A DNA stretch of 62,362 bases, counting the filler. It is 3 parts of 3 records of this genome, joined end to end, with 100 filler letters (N's around TTAATTAATTAA, not from the genome) between each part and the next. Parts side by side here need not be neighbours in the genome. Positions count along the whole stretch, not along the records: positions 31,826 to 52,925 come from DRR723986_3071; 2 more parts are not named here. One strand, written 5' to 3'. Below the pieces are notes generated by a model. That model did not search any database, was not told the origin of the DNA, and saw only the letters and a list, made by a program, of their open reading frames with translations. Positions 32,809 through 43,200 of the stretch are shown piece after piece. The number at the start of each line of letters is the position of its first letter. Positions within the stretch are counted from its first letter, which is position 1. The position numbers were made by a program, and so were the translations under genes.

Positions 32809-32959
32809 CTTACGCAACGGTTTGCACGCGAGCTCTGGCTTAGCGATTTCAAGTAACGCTCTTCGTTCGGATTGACCGGCCCAGAGGTTAGTATACGCTT
32901 GACTTGAAGGCAATTCACGGATCGCAGTGGAAAGGCCGGAAAGAGCGTGCAGTAAACTT

Positions 32960-33077
32960 CCGGCTAAAGCCGGGACTACAAACTCAGTGTTGTGTGTGCC
33001 CGTTCGTAGTACCGCCTTCAGGCGGTAAACTCATGTGGCGCGTCCGGAACCGGCCGGCTAAAGCCGGTACTACGAAC
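32960..33077. repeat. Cluster of three GTAG-family REP elements, including an inverted pair (REPIN-like)
   Basis: GTAGTCCCGGCTTTAGCCGG (minus, 32960-32979), GTAGTACCGCCTTCAGGCGG (plus, 33006-33025) and GTAGTACCGGCTTTAGCCGG (minus, 33054-33073); each is GTAG plus a short hairpin. Confidence 0.8.
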
Positions 33078-33274
33078 TGCGGCAGCCGACATGCCCGAAA
33101 GAATTTCTCTTAAGCTCGATCAGCCTGTCTTCGAAGGGAATCTACAAGCTAGCAGTGACAGTGTCTGACAGACAAAAATGCATTGGACAAATATGGTCTG
33201 TACAACGCTGAGTCTGATGACTAGCTAGGCCACGACACAGGTATACGCCTGTAACGATGCAGGTAGATGTCCAT

Positions 33275-33943
33275 CTATCGGCAACGTGAATAGTCGAACT
33301 TGGGCGTTCGTTTCTGTAGTAGTTCGCCAAAAACCCATTCCAGCATCGCGGCAAATGATCCAATAACGTAAGAATCCCCTGTCTCGTGCGACAGGTAACC
33401 AGCATCGCCGTCGGCGTTACAAACCATCATGTCACCATTTGCTGAGTTGCCGAAGACGCTGGTTGATTCTGGAGGGAATGCTGGATTGATCGAAGGCGTT
33501 CCGTATCCCGCGACAGTAACATGCTTGCCAAACGGCACGATTCCACCAGCGAATCCAATTTCATCCCAGTGTACCATCGAAACAGAGTCGTACAGCGGAG
33601 TGAATCGATCATCACTGCAGTCAGCAACGAAAGGGCCAAACATACAAGGATACAGATCAGCATGCCACCATTGAATCGCTGCGAACGTATCGCGCTGCAT
33701 TAAGTTCGTTTCGGCGAGCAGGAGCCACCATTTTCCGTCGGCAACGAACTTGCTGAGATACCTTCGAAGATTTTCGATTTTGGTTTGCTCGGCAATCTCT
33801 GAAAAGTATGACGCAGGGTTTTGGAAAGCCTTGCGAACAGAGTCTGTAACTGTATCGCAATGCGAGTTAGGAACGGCGTCGAGTTCATCGCCCGCCTCGA
33901 GCACCAGTGTCGTACCACCAACATCATTAGGTCTTGTTAACAT
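33275..33943 (-). CDS. Hypothetical protein, possibly SUKH/SMI1-KNR4-like immunity protein
   Basis: C-terminus FGNSANGDMMVCNADGDAGYLSHETG...GSFAAMLEW matches the SUKH-type pattern; ATG at 33943 preferred, start uncertain. Confidence 0.55.
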   Translation of the reverse strand: MLTRPNDVGGTTLVLEAGDELDAVPNSHCDTVTDSVRKAFQNPASYFSEIAEQTKIENLRRYLSKFVADGKWWLLLAETNLMQRDTFAAIQWWHADLYPCMFGPFVADCSDDRFTPLYDSVSMVHWDEIGFAGGIVPFGKHVTVAGYGTPSINPAFPPESTSVFGNSANGDMMVCNADGDAGYLSHETGDSYVIGSFAAMLEWVFGELLQKRTPKFDYSRCR

Positions 33944-34205
33944 AACCGCGTTCGCACCCTTGCCATCAAGCTGGAAAACAATTTGAAGAGACTGAGCGCT
34001 CCGCCGCATCGCGGTGCGTAATATGATCGAATAAAGTTGAGCGGCGGACACTCGTTTCCCTCCAGCTCACGCTTCTTCAATAGTGGGCCGCGACACTTTT
34101 AGTTGGACGCGTTGATATCAGCTCAATCCGAACTGGCTTCGTTACATCCCTCGGCTCGCCGCCGCTTTAAGTTCCCGAGGATCCGATAGCTGAGTTGGAG
34201 GATGA

Positions 34206-34559
34206 TTAGCGTTTGCGTTTTCGACTCCGACGCTTTCGCTTGGTCGGTTGAGGGGTCAAACCGGCGGGTACGAACCACATCATCAAGCCAACTATGGCGG
34301 CAATCAAAAGCGGAAAGACAATCGGGACGGTAATGAACTCGCCTTCAGACTCGTCAGGATCTTCATCGACCTCGCCCCGCTCGACCTCGCCCGTCGACTG
34401 TTCAGAATCCGCATTAATACCAACTTCCCCCGAGGATTCGGACGGGCTGTACATTGGGTTGCGGACTTGAATTGCAATGGTCTGCGTAATCGCAGCAGCC
34501 ATTGCCAAGAAAACTGTTGTTATGAAGAGGACCAGCCCCATCAACCTAAGGTGTGGCAA
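34206..34559 (-). CDS. Small two-TM membrane protein
   Basis: Two hydrophobic helices flank an acidic loop; basic KRKRRSRKRKR tail. Confidence 0.6.
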   Translation of the reverse strand: MPHLRLMGLVLFITTVFLAMAAAITQTIAIQVRNPMYSPSESSGEVGINADSEQSTGEVERGEVDEDPDESEGEFITVPIVFPLLIAAIVGLMMWFVPAGLTPQPTKRKRRSRKRKR

Positions 34560-34740
34560 CGTAATTCCTTATTGTCAGTGCTAACGGCCTAACGCTTCTT
34601 TTCCAGGATCTATCACGAAACACAGGAGACTCACTGCGAAAATCCTCCCCCGGCCACCGTCAAGATGGCGAACCTGCGCCAAATGGGCGTCATTTGATCA
34701 CTGGCTGGTTAACAGAGTGCTAAACTGGAGCACACTCACG

Positions 34741-34756
34741 GTGAAAACGTTTTCAC
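34741..34756. promoter_or_regulatory. Perfect 16-bp palindrome resembling a LacI-family operator
   Basis: GTGAAAACGTTTTCAC with a central CG, in a divergent intergenic region. Confidence 0.45.
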
Positions 34757-34942
34757 GGCTCGACCGCGTTAATGGCTGAAATGCAAACTGGGAGTACAAA
34801 CGCAAACTTTGCTAACTGAGAGTTTGCGTGTTGAGTTCAAGTTAAGTCCCCACGCATTATGCCTTCACATTGGTTAATCTCGCAAGATCGCGGGTGATTC
34901 TCCCCAAGTGTTGGATATCAAGCAAGTGACAGGAGGTCATTT

Positions 34943-35341
34943 ATGCCTGACACCACATGTTCAACCGCTGGCCGTATCCTTGTCGTTGATGACGACGCTC
35001 TTCTCCGCACAACAGTCTCGATGCTTCTGAATCTGTCAGGCTTTGACACTGTCGAAGCGGTCAATGGTGAGGAAGCTGTAGAGGTTTTCGCCAAAGCCGA
35101 TGGTTCCCTGAACGCAGTATTGCTGGACCTGAACATGCCGGTAATGGACGGGCATACCGCTTTGGAGCAGATCCGCAAAACCGATCCTTCCATTCCCATC
35201 TTCATCGTCTCATCGCTAACCGACGCCCTGTCCGACAGGGAGCGAGAGTTGGTCAATGGCGTGATTCAAAAGCCATTCAGCGCAGAAGACTTCATCAGCC
35301 AGGTGAAAGGGTCACTCGCCGGCAGTTTGGCAACGCAGTAG
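34943..35341 (+). CDS. Stand-alone response regulator receiver protein
   Basis: ILVVDDD, LLDLNMPVMDG and QKPF. Confidence 0.93.
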   Translation: MPDTTCSTAGRILVVDDDALLRTTVSMLLNLSGFDTVEAVNGEEAVEVFAKADGSLNAVLLDLNMPVMDGHTALEQIRKTDPSIPIFIVSSLTDALSDRERELVNGVIQKPFSAEDFISQVKGSLAGSLATQ

Positions 35342-35421
35342 CTTCTCGCGTTCCCCGCCGTGCGTTCAGACTTGAGTTCCGTGGACTATCCACCCGAGAA
35401 GTCTCACGGTAGCTTGTTGGG

Positions 35422-36570
35422 ATGTCCTCCCACAGCCACAACATATTGTTTCTAAATCCGTTTGGTGGCCAGAGCCATGCCGCTTTCCAGACGGGCTGGC
35501 AACGTCATAGCGAGCATCGATTCCAGGTACTATCTTTACCCGCAGTACACTGGAAATGGCGAGCGCGGCATGCGTCGCTGACCTTCGCGAACCAGGCAAA
35601 CGAGCTTGCAGACCGCGGTGAGAGATTTTCCTGCGTGGTTTGCACATCCATGTTGGACCTTGCGTCGTGGCGCGGGCTAGTGCGGCCAGAGATCGCTCGC
35701 CTGCCGGTAATCGCCTACTTCCACGAGAATCAATATAGCTACCCAGTTAAAGACACCGCGGTGGCAGAGCGCGATTCACATCTCGCCTACAGCAATTTCC
35801 TGACCGCTTGCTGCGCGGATGTTGTGTGTTTCAATTCTCAATTCCACCAAGACGCGTTTTTGGAGGATGCCCAAAGATGGCTTTCCCGCATGCCGGATTT
35901 CCGTCATCTCGACGTGTTGGAGACAATCAAAACAAAGAGTCGCGTCGAACCTCCAGGCGTCGATCTCCCAGGTCCTTCGATGGAAACGTTGCCCAAGCCG
36001 CCGAGTAGCCCAACGATTGGATGGGTGATGCGATGGGAACACGACAAAGCACCTGATCTATTTGTCGACACGGTCATCAAACTAGCGGAAGAGGGACTGA
36101 CTTTCCAACTGCTCTTGCTCGGCGAACGTTTCGCGAAGGAGCATCCAAGTCTCCAGCGTTTGCGCCGCAGACTTGGTGACCTGATCGTTCACGACGGCTA
36201 CGCGGCGACTTCGGAGGAGTATCACCGTAGGCTGACCGAAATCGACTTAGTGATCTCTACGGCGCAACACGAATTCTTTGGGATTGCAATCATCGAATCG
36301 ATTCTCGCGGGTGCTCAACCGCTGCTGCCAAATCGATTGGCCTATCCCGAGACGTTGGGGTTGTCGAGGTCGGAGGGGCGACGTGACTTCTTCTACGACA
36401 ACAACGCCGACTTTCTGCCAGCACTACGAGACGCGATTCACATCTACACCCAGCATGGCCCAGCCGAACAACTCCGTGCACTCAGGCTTGAATTACAGCG
36501 ATTCGGTTGGAATCAACGGGCCGAATCTCTCGACAAACTAGCTTCATCAGTCATCGATGGTGAGTTGTGA
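35422..36570 (+). CDS. DUF3524 plus GT-B glycosyltransferase (GTDC1/QTMAN-like)
   Basis: PFGGQSH, LPAVHWKWRAR, YFHENQ.SYP, FNS.F, RWEHDK.P, HEFFGIA..E and P.RLAYPE motifs. Confidence 0.85.
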   Translation: MSSHSHNILFLNPFGGQSHAAFQTGWQRHSEHRFQVLSLPAVHWKWRARHASLTFANQANELADRGERFSCVVCTSMLDLASWRGLVRPEIARLPVIAYFHENQYSYPVKDTAVAERDSHLAYSNFLTACCADVVCFNSQFHQDAFLEDAQRWLSRMPDFRHLDVLETIKTKSRVEPPGVDLPGPSMETLPKPPSSPTIGWVMRWEHDKAPDLFVDTVIKLAEEGLTFQLLLLGERFAKEHPSLQRLRRRLGDLIVHDGYAATSEEYHRRLTEIDLVISTAQHEFFGIAIIESILAGAQPLLPNRLAYPETLGLSRSEGRRDFFYDNNADFLPALRDAIHIYTQHGPAEQLRALRLELQRFGWNQRAESLDKLASSVIDGEL

Positions 36571-36601
36571 ATTTCCGCGAGGCTCGACACTCTCGCCCGT
36601 A

Positions 36602-37069
36602 TCAATCCTTCGTTGCCTCGTTGAATGTAGTTCTTAGTTTTTCGACGCGTTTGCGGTTTGCGCCTAGATCGGAATAACCAATACGTGAGGCTGAGCGGAC
36701 GTGGATCAGTGAGTCCTCTGCGTCCAGGAGAAATTCGACATCGTCGACGTAGCGCATGATTGCCGTTCGAAACTCGAAATGCATGTAGCCCTCTTGCTCG
36801 GTTACCAACGTCGTTCTCGGGTACTGGTTAACGATCTCCTTCAACTTTTCCCAGGCCGATTCCGCGTCTGAATCGAATCGCAGCGGATCGATGGCGTGAT
36901 CGCCGGCACCTTGGGACGAGACGCAATTTGGTTTTTCAGGGCATTCGGCCAGCTTGCCGTCGGTGACACCGAGTGCCGCGGATGGTTTCGACATGGAATT
37001 CATTGCCAATATTCCTATGTAAGCGAGTGCAAGAATCGCGACTGGAATCAGGATGCGTTTGGTTTTCAT
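36602..37069 (-). CDS. DUF1499 domain-containing protein
   Basis: CPEKPNCVSSQ, YVDDVEF and RSASRIGYSDLGANRKR. Confidence 0.9.
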   Translation of the reverse strand: MKTKRILIPVAILALAYIGILAMNSMSKPSAALGVTDGKLAECPEKPNCVSSQGAGDHAIDPLRFDSDAESAWEKLKEIVNQYPRTTLVTEQEGYMHFEFRTAIMRYVDDVEFLLDAEDSLIHVRSASRIGYSDLGANRKRVEKLRTTFNEATKD

Positions 37070-37627
37070 TTATCCATCAACTGTGTGTTTGAAATCCACG
37101 TGTCTTCGAAATCAAAGTGTCTGGGCTGCTGTTAATCGGTCGGTTCGTAGCGGCTCGTTCGACTGTGACGAAAGCGAGAACGTAAGGCGATTCCGGCAAC
37201 CCAAACAAGCATCAGGGTAATTCTCGACCACCTTGCGTCTCGCTGCCCGACAGAACCGACAGCTTCATCTGCATCTTGTTGAGGTCGCCGCGACCTAACC
37301 CACTCTTTCGACCGCAGTAACTGGCCGAAATAACCAGCAAAGCCAGTAGAAGCCGCAGACTTCTTTCGCTTAACGAACTCGGCAAGGCAAACCTGTTGCA
37401 AATGACTGCAACTCATCAGCTCACTATTGATGTTGAAATCTTTGTAACTAGCTTGACTTTACACGGTCGTGTTTTCGCTCGGTAGACGCATTAGCCCAAT
37501 CAATTGGGGGGTGCTGGCGAGGTTCATTGGCCAGTAGAAGTGCACTCACGGGCGTGCTTCCAACTTTGGGTAGTTGTTTTCTTCTTCGCTGAATCATCAG
37601 AAAGCCCCAACTGGACAACACGATTCG

Positions 37628-39076
37628 ATGAGTTCCCAAGACTTGATGCACGGTGAAGTCGCATTGCACCCTGCACAACTAGATACACAAACTGAATACG
37701 TTGCCGGTGCCAGAGCCAAAGCGTTCTCGTATCAGCCTACGATCAGTGACGCGTCACGACGAGTCCTGAACCGACTCTGCTTCGGTGCACATGATGTTAT
37801 TGTGTTTACCGCCGCATCCACTTTGATCAACTTCGCCTATCCGCTGTTTACGGGAGTTGAAATGGCGGTGTTGGCTATTGTGTTGTTGGTCAGCAACAGT
37901 ATCGTCGGCTTGCATTCCGGGGCTGCCTGGAACTCAACCGAAGAGGTGCGACTGGGCACCATTGTCACTTCCATCTTGCTATTCTCGTTCGCCGTTTCGA
38001 AACTCGCAGCGGTAGCCGAGGTTGGAGTGTTCGTTGCACTTGCCGCTCTTTGGGCTAGTGTGCTCCTTCTGCTACCGATTGGACGAGCCGTTTTGCGGAG
38101 CCTTCTAAGTCGAACAAAGTGGTGGCCAGCCCCGGCGATCGTTTTCGGCGATGGAGAACTGGCACTCAACGTCTTTCGGAGACTGAAATCCAAACCAAGT
38201 CTGGGCCTTACACCTGTTTGCATCTTTGAAGAGGCCAAACGGGACAGTATTGAGGCTCTGATTCGCTCAAGCAAGGTTAGTTGGTTTGTGTTCGCCGCTG
38301 AAGAGCATCGCGATGAAGTGCGCGAGCTGGCCTCTTTTGTCTCCAAACGTGTGCCCAACACGCTGGTCGTTCAAGATGCATTGACTCTGCCCACGCAGCG
38401 AGCAAGCGTTTTCGACACCGTTGGAATTTCTGCCATCCAGTACAAAGGCATCTTGGCGTCGAAGTGGTTGCTGGTCGCTAAACGAGCCCTAGATTTCACC
38501 GTGGCACTTGGTGTGACGATTGCATTGCTGCCGCTGTTCTTGCTGCTTGCCCTTATCGTGCGAATGACGTCAAAGGGGCCGATCTTCTACGGTCAAGAAA
38601 GAATCGGAAAGCACGGACGTGTGTTCAAAGCATGGAAGTTTAGGACGATGGTTCCGAACGCCGAGCAAGTATTGAAGAAGTACTTAGCCGAAAACGAAGA
38701 CATGCGTCGAGAGTGGGAAGCGGATCACAAACTCAAGAATGACCCGCGAGTCACTTGGATCGGCTCCTTCCTGAGAAAGACGAGCTTGGATGAGTTGCCG
38801 CAGATCTGGAACGTTCTCGTGGGCGAAATGAGCCTAGTCGGGCCACGTCCAATTGTTCAAGCTGAGACGGAAAAATACGGGCGATCTTTGGACCTATACT
38901 TGCGTGTTACGCCTGGCGTTACTGGGCTCTGGCAAGTGTCGGGACGCAACAACACCACATACGATCAACGCGTTGAGCTCGATAGCTACTACGTACGAAA
39001 CTGGTCCTTTTTGCTTGATATCTGCATCTTGGTTGTCACCGTTCGAGTCGTTTTGCTCCGTGAAGGTGCTTACTAA
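37628..39076 (+). CDS. wbaP: Undecaprenyl-phosphate sugar phosphotransferase (WbaP-like priming enzyme)
   Basis: [53 protein letters not shown] and LLREGAY; N-terminal TM domain. Confidence 0.88.
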   Translation: MSSQDLMHGEVALHPAQLDTQTEYVAGARAKAFSYQPTISDASRRVLNRLCFGAHDVIVFTAASTLINFAYPLFTGVEMAVLAIVLLVSNSIVGLHSGAAWNSTEEVRLGTIVTSILLFSFAVSKLAAVAEVGVFVALAALWASVLLLLPIGRAVLRSLLSRTKWWPAPAIVFGDGELALNVFRRLKSKPSLGLTPVCIFEEAKRDSIEALIRSSKVSWFVFAAEEHRDEVRELASFVSKRVPNTLVVQDALTLPTQRASVFDTVGISAIQYKGILASKWLLVAKRALDFTVALGVTIALLPLFLLLALIVRMTSKGPIFYGQERIGKHGRVFKAWKFRTMVPNAEQVLKKYLAENEDMRREWEADHKLKNDPRVTWIGSFLRKTSLDELPQIWNVLVGEMSLVGPRPIVQAETEKYGRSLDLYLRVTPGVTGLWQVSGRNNTTYDQRVELDSYYVRNWSFLLDICILVVTVRVVLLREGAY

Positions 39077-39131
39077 GTCAGTCACGCCTTGCATCCGCTT
39101 CGACATTGGACAAAGGAACTAATCCGCTTCG

Positions 39132-40715
39132 ATGAGCAGCCTTACGGATTCTCAGATCAGCTCGTTCGATAATGACAGCGGTGTGTCGAGTGCCATCCCC
39201 TGCGCACAAGTAGAGCAGCCGGGCGAGCAGTCACAGGAGCAGCAGGACACTACATCGCACGCTCAGCAGAACGCTGGCCTCGCACCTGAAGGCAATGTTG
39301 CCACTGGTCGTCGACTTGCATCGGAAGCAGTCTGGGTCGTGGGTGGCCGGATCCTTGGCATCGCTACTGCGATTGGCATCAACGTTCTGTTGGCTCGCAT
39401 CCTGCCCCCGGACGAAGTCGGCGTATTCTTCCTGCTGGCGACGATTCTGACCTTCGCCGCGATCGTAGCAATGTTTGGACTCAACGCAGCCCTCGTCCGC
39501 TTCGTTTCCGAACAGCTTGGCGTCGGCAGTCTCGAGGAAGCGGATCGCACTCTAAAGCTAGGCGCTGGAGTTGCCACTGTTGCGATTCTTTCCGGTGGAG
39601 TTGCATGTGCGGCCTTCCTAATGCTGCTCGGAGGACCACTCTTTGGTCTATCCAACACAATGACACTTGGCCCCATCGTCGGTTTGGGAGTCGTAGCATC
39701 GGCGATACTACAACTGTGCGGTAGCCTATTGCGCTCCTTCCACGATTCGCGTCTGTCGATCATGCTAACCGGGCAATTCGGCGGCCCTATGTGCAACCTC
39801 CTGTTTATCTTTTCCGCAGTATTGTTGCACGCCCTGTTCCAACCTTCGATCGTCGTCGTGATGATCCTGAGCAGCACGAGCATGCTGATCATCGTCCCGC
39901 TGGCGCTGGTTGCAGTTTACCGAATTAGTCGACGTCGACTCGATCAGCTCTCGCGTGAAAAGTCCCTCGCAGTCGCCCAGCAAATGGACACGCAAGAGTC
40001 TGTTGTCCATAGTCTTCCACTTTCGATGCTACTGGCTGTGTCGTTCCCTCTGGTGTTGACGCAGGCGTTGTCCTACGTCACTGGCCAGGCGGATGTGTGG
40101 ATCGCCGGCGCGACAATCGAGCATGCGGACCTAGCACTCTACGGTGCCGCTCGACGTCTGATGCTGCTGATTGGGATGCCAATGCAGTTGGTAAACCTTA
40201 CCGTGGTGGCATCCATCGCCGAGCTGCGTGCTCAAGGGCGGCTGCCCGAACTTGAGAAGATACTGCGTTCCGCCGCGACGATGGCTGCTATACCCGCCGT
40301 TTTGGTTTGGCTTCCGCTTGCGATCTTTCCTGAGCAGATTCTCGGCCTGTTGTTTGGCGAGTTCTACAGTCAGTCTGCAACGATTCTAAGGATTCTGTGT
40401 ATCGGCCAAATCGTCTTCGTCGCCGTCGGCGCTGCGGAGTTGACATTGATGATGTCTGGCAATCAACGGTCCGCGCTGATGGTGAACTGCTTTACCGCCG
40501 TACTGCTGCTGTTTAGCGGCTATTTCCTGACCCTACGATTTGGTCCGGTGGGGTTAGCAATTGCGTGGTCTTTGGTTGTTTCTTTGCAGTGCGTGCTGTT
40601 CAGTCTCATGGCACGGAAAATGATTCGCGTATGGACTGTTTGCGATTTTCGGCTGCTGCTGAAATTTCCGGAATTGCTGGCCACGGCGAAAACGAAGCTT
40701 GGGAAAACTGGATAG
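39132..40715 (+). CDS. wzx: Wzx-type oligosaccharide flippase
   Basis: LARIL.P..VG, FGL..ALVRF, ALYGAA.R and multi-TM PST/MOP architecture. Confidence 0.85.
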   Translation: MSSLTDSQISSFDNDSGVSSAIPCAQVEQPGEQSQEQQDTTSHAQQNAGLAPEGNVATGRRLASEAVWVVGGRILGIATAIGINVLLARILPPDEVGVFFLLATILTFAAIVAMFGLNAALVRFVSEQLGVGSLEEADRTLKLGAGVATVAILSGGVACAAFLMLLGGPLFGLSNTMTLGPIVGLGVVASAILQLCGSLLRSFHDSRLSIMLTGQFGGPMCNLLFIFSAVLLHALFQPSIVVVMILSSTSMLIIVPLALVAVYRISRRRLDQLSREKSLAVAQQMDTQESVVHSLPLSMLLAVSFPLVLTQALSYVTGQADVWIAGATIEHADLALYGAARRLMLLIGMPMQLVNLTVVASIAELRAQGRLPELEKILRSAATMAAIPAVLVWLPLAIFPEQILGLLFGEFYSQSATILRILCIGQIVFVAVGAAELTLMMSGNQRSALMVNCFTAVLLLFSGYFLTLRFGPVGLAIAWSLVVSLQCVLFSLMARKMIRVWTVCDFRLLLKFPELLATAKTKLGKTG

Positions 40716-40873
40716 CCAATCGCGTCCAGAGAGAGCTTCTGAGCATTCTGACTAGACTGAGAGTTGTCGATTACGACACGCATTTGGCGAGAAGCCGATT
40801 TCGGCGGCCGCGATTTGTCGCCGGCATAAACTCGCCCAGTCACCACGCAACTGATTCGGAAGTATCAACGTCA

Positions 40874-42148
40874 ATGGCATCGGTTGGCACCAACATTGAA
40901 AGCAGCAGCTCAGGCTGGATCTCACGACTGGCGACAGTTGTGTGGCAACCGAGTGCTGTCTTCTGGCCATTCGTTATCATTGGCTTCTTTCTTTGGCTGA
41001 GTCCTTCTACTCAGGGAGCGGCGGGTTACAACGTCCGTGAGCACCTGAGTTTCGCGAGCCTCGCGATTCTATCAGCATGGTACGGAACGATTGCTCTGAG
41101 TGCATTTGCGGGACAGTTCCTTGCCCGAAGTCTCCCTAAGCTCGGTGTGATGAACAAAGAGCGACTTCGGTCCGCCGATTTCTATCTTATCTTGTCAGGG
41201 ATCGCCGCCGTGGGAGTCGCCTTGGCTTGGCTTGCCGCGATCCGAGGCGGCGTGTCCATTGTCGAGCTGATTAAGACTCAGCAGTTCAACCTCGTCAAAG
41301 AGGCTCTTTACGCCAATTACAACCACTTGTACTCACTGCGTTATACCGCCTCTCTCGCCGGCGGATACGCGATCTACCGGATTGTTTTTCTTCGACAGAT
41401 GAGTTGGCTAGACATATTCAATCTAGTCCTGCTGGTTGCTGCCGCTGCAATCTCGGCGCGAATCCTACTCGTTCAAGCGGTTGTGTTCGGTGGTGGCGTC
41501 GCGGTCCGTTTCAACGCTTTCTCGCAGTTGACCACTCGGGTCATGTTGTGTGCCGGCATTGGGCTGTCAATCTGCTTGGTCGGATTTACATGGGTAAGAA
41601 GTGCGGGCAGCTATCGAGACTACTTCGGCGTTGAAAGCCCAATTGCGATCACTTATCTCGAAGTCCAACGGTACCTTGGTGCCCCGGTTCAAGCCAGCGT
41701 TGGTGTCGCTCGTATCGCTGCCGAAAAGCCCCAGCGCGGGACAAGCCGGAATCTAGTTAAGTACTTGACGCCTACTTTCCTGCACCCCGCATCGCAGAAA
41801 GTCTCGGACAATTCCGGTGGTGTTGGTGAACAGTGGTATCTGGATCAAATCGACGTCGATGAAACACTCACTACCAACTCAGCTTGGGTCGAGATGTACG
41901 GCGACCTCGGGTTCTTGGCGTTTCCCGTCATTGCCTGGGTCAGCTTTTGCATGGCGACCGTTGGGACGTACTTTTGGCGAAGTGACAATTTGCTCTGCCT
42001 GGTTGGGTGCATCGTTCTGTACGGCTTCTTCGAACTCTGGCGTACGTACTACTTTGCCGCTGGATCGTTCACATTCCTAATTCTTGCAGTATGTGCATCC
42101 GCTGTCGGCGGCACTCTGATTGGAACGCGAAGGAGTCCTCAATGGTAG
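40874..42148 (+). CDS. wzy: Putative Wzy repeat-unit polymerase
   Basis: About 10 TM segments with a large loop ending TTNSAWVEMYGDLGF; lies between the flippase and the GTs; ATG at 40874 preferred. Confidence 0.65.
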   Translation: MASVGTNIESSSSGWISRLATVVWQPSAVFWPFVIIGFFLWLSPSTQGAAGYNVREHLSFASLAILSAWYGTIALSAFAGQFLARSLPKLGVMNKERLRSADFYLILSGIAAVGVALAWLAAIRGGVSIVELIKTQQFNLVKEALYANYNHLYSLRYTASLAGGYAIYRIVFLRQMSWLDIFNLVLLVAAAAISARILLVQAVVFGGGVAVRFNAFSQLTTRVMLCAGIGLSICLVGFTWVRSAGSYRDYFGVESPIAITYLEVQRYLGAPVQASVGVARIAAEKPQRGTSRNLVKYLTPTFLHPASQKVSDNSGGVGEQWYLDQIDVDETLTTNSAWVEMYGDLGFLAFPVIAWVSFCMATVGTYFWRSDNLLCLVGCIVLYGFFELWRTYYFAAGSFTFLILAVCASAVGGTLIGTRRSPQW

Positions 42149-43200
42149 ATCAGCAAGTGCTATTCGATGGCCGCTGGGTTGGCCAGCACGGAATCGGTCG
42201 ATTCGCTTCCGAATTGCAGTCTCGATTGTCTGGCGTTCGATCGCAAGCGTTCGGCGGTAGCCCGACCAGTCCACTGGATGCATTGCGCCTCGGTGTAAAG
42301 CTATGGCGAAGCCCAGTTGGCTACTTCTCTCCCGGCTTCAACGCACCTCTGGCTCTGCCGCTGTCGAAGCAAAAGTTCGTTTTCTCCATCCACGACTTGA
42401 TCCATGTACATCACCATGGAGAGGCTTCGATCGCAAAGCGGCTTTACTATTCAACTGTGGTCCGCGCTGCCGCCCGACGCGCATTCGCCGTCTTGACCGT
42501 TTCGGAGTTTTCGAAGGCGGAGATCGTAGAGTGGTCGGGCGTTTCGCCTGATCGTGTGAAAGTTGTTTACAACGGCGTTGGCAGTGCTTTTAAGCGTGAG
42601 GGCGCAAATCACAAATTGTCGCGGCCATACCTACTGTATGTCGGTAATCAGAAACCGCACAAAAACGTCCCTGCACTGATCGAAGCCCTAACGCTGCTTC
42701 GCAAACAGCACGACATCGATCTGTTGCTCTCCGGCCAGGCAAGTGCCGAGACTCAGTCTCTGGTAAACCAACATGCTCTGCAGAATCACGTGCATTTCCT
42801 TGGCTCTGTCGATGACGAGCAACTGGCTGCAGCCTACCGCGGAGCGACTGCCACGGTGATGCCATCCGAGTACGAGGGCTTCGGCTTGCCGCTCGTTGAG
42901 TCTATGGCTTGCGGCACGCCCGTTGTCTCAAGCAATGTTACGTCTCTGCCCGAAGTTGCCGGAGACGCGGCCGAACTCGTTGAACCGAAGTCTCAATCAA
43001 TTGCCGCTGGTGTTGAACGCATCCTGTCCGAGCCAGGCCGACGAGAACAACTCATTCAAGCGGGCCTGAAAAGAGCTAGCCAGTTCTCGTGGACACGCAC
43101 TGCGGCACTTGTCCAAGAGGTGCTCGACGATCTTCAAGCAACCACCGATCAGAACGTCGCCCCACGTTCGGGAAACACAACAGAAGGAGCCAACCAATGA
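42142..43200 (+). CDS. GT4 glycosyltransferase (WbaW-like putative mannosyltransferase)
   Basis: [15 protein letters not shown]-terminus, [15 protein letters not shown] and EGFGLP.VESMACG; AAGGAG RBS. Confidence 0.9.
   Translation: MVDQQVLFDGRWVGQHGIGRFASELQSRLSGVRSQAFGGSPTSPLDALRLGVKLWRSPVGYFSPGFNAPLALPLSKQKFVFSIHDLIHVHHHGEASIAKRLYYSTVVRAAARRAFAVLTVSEFSKAEIVEWSGVSPDRVKVVYNGVGSAFKREGANHKLSRPYLLYVGNQKPHKNVPALIEALTLLRKQHDIDLLLSGQASAETQSLVNQHALQNHVHFLGSVDDEQLAAAYRGATATVMPSEYEGFGLPLVESMACGTPVVSSNVTSLPEVAGDAAELVEPKSQSIAAGVERILSEPGRREQLIQAGLKRASQFSWTRTAALVQEVLDDLQATTDQNVAPRSGNTTEGANQ

Noticed and set aside
32960-33077. Short repeats separated by unique sequence, considered as a CRISPR array
   Set aside because: The copies alternate in orientation, are about 20 bp, carry the GTAG-hairpin REP signature, and have no cas genes nearby.
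37132-37678. Short minus-strand ORFs upstream of wbaP
   Set aside because: No motifs or coding signal; more likely the promoter region of the polysaccharide operon. No ops/JUMPstart element was recognised.
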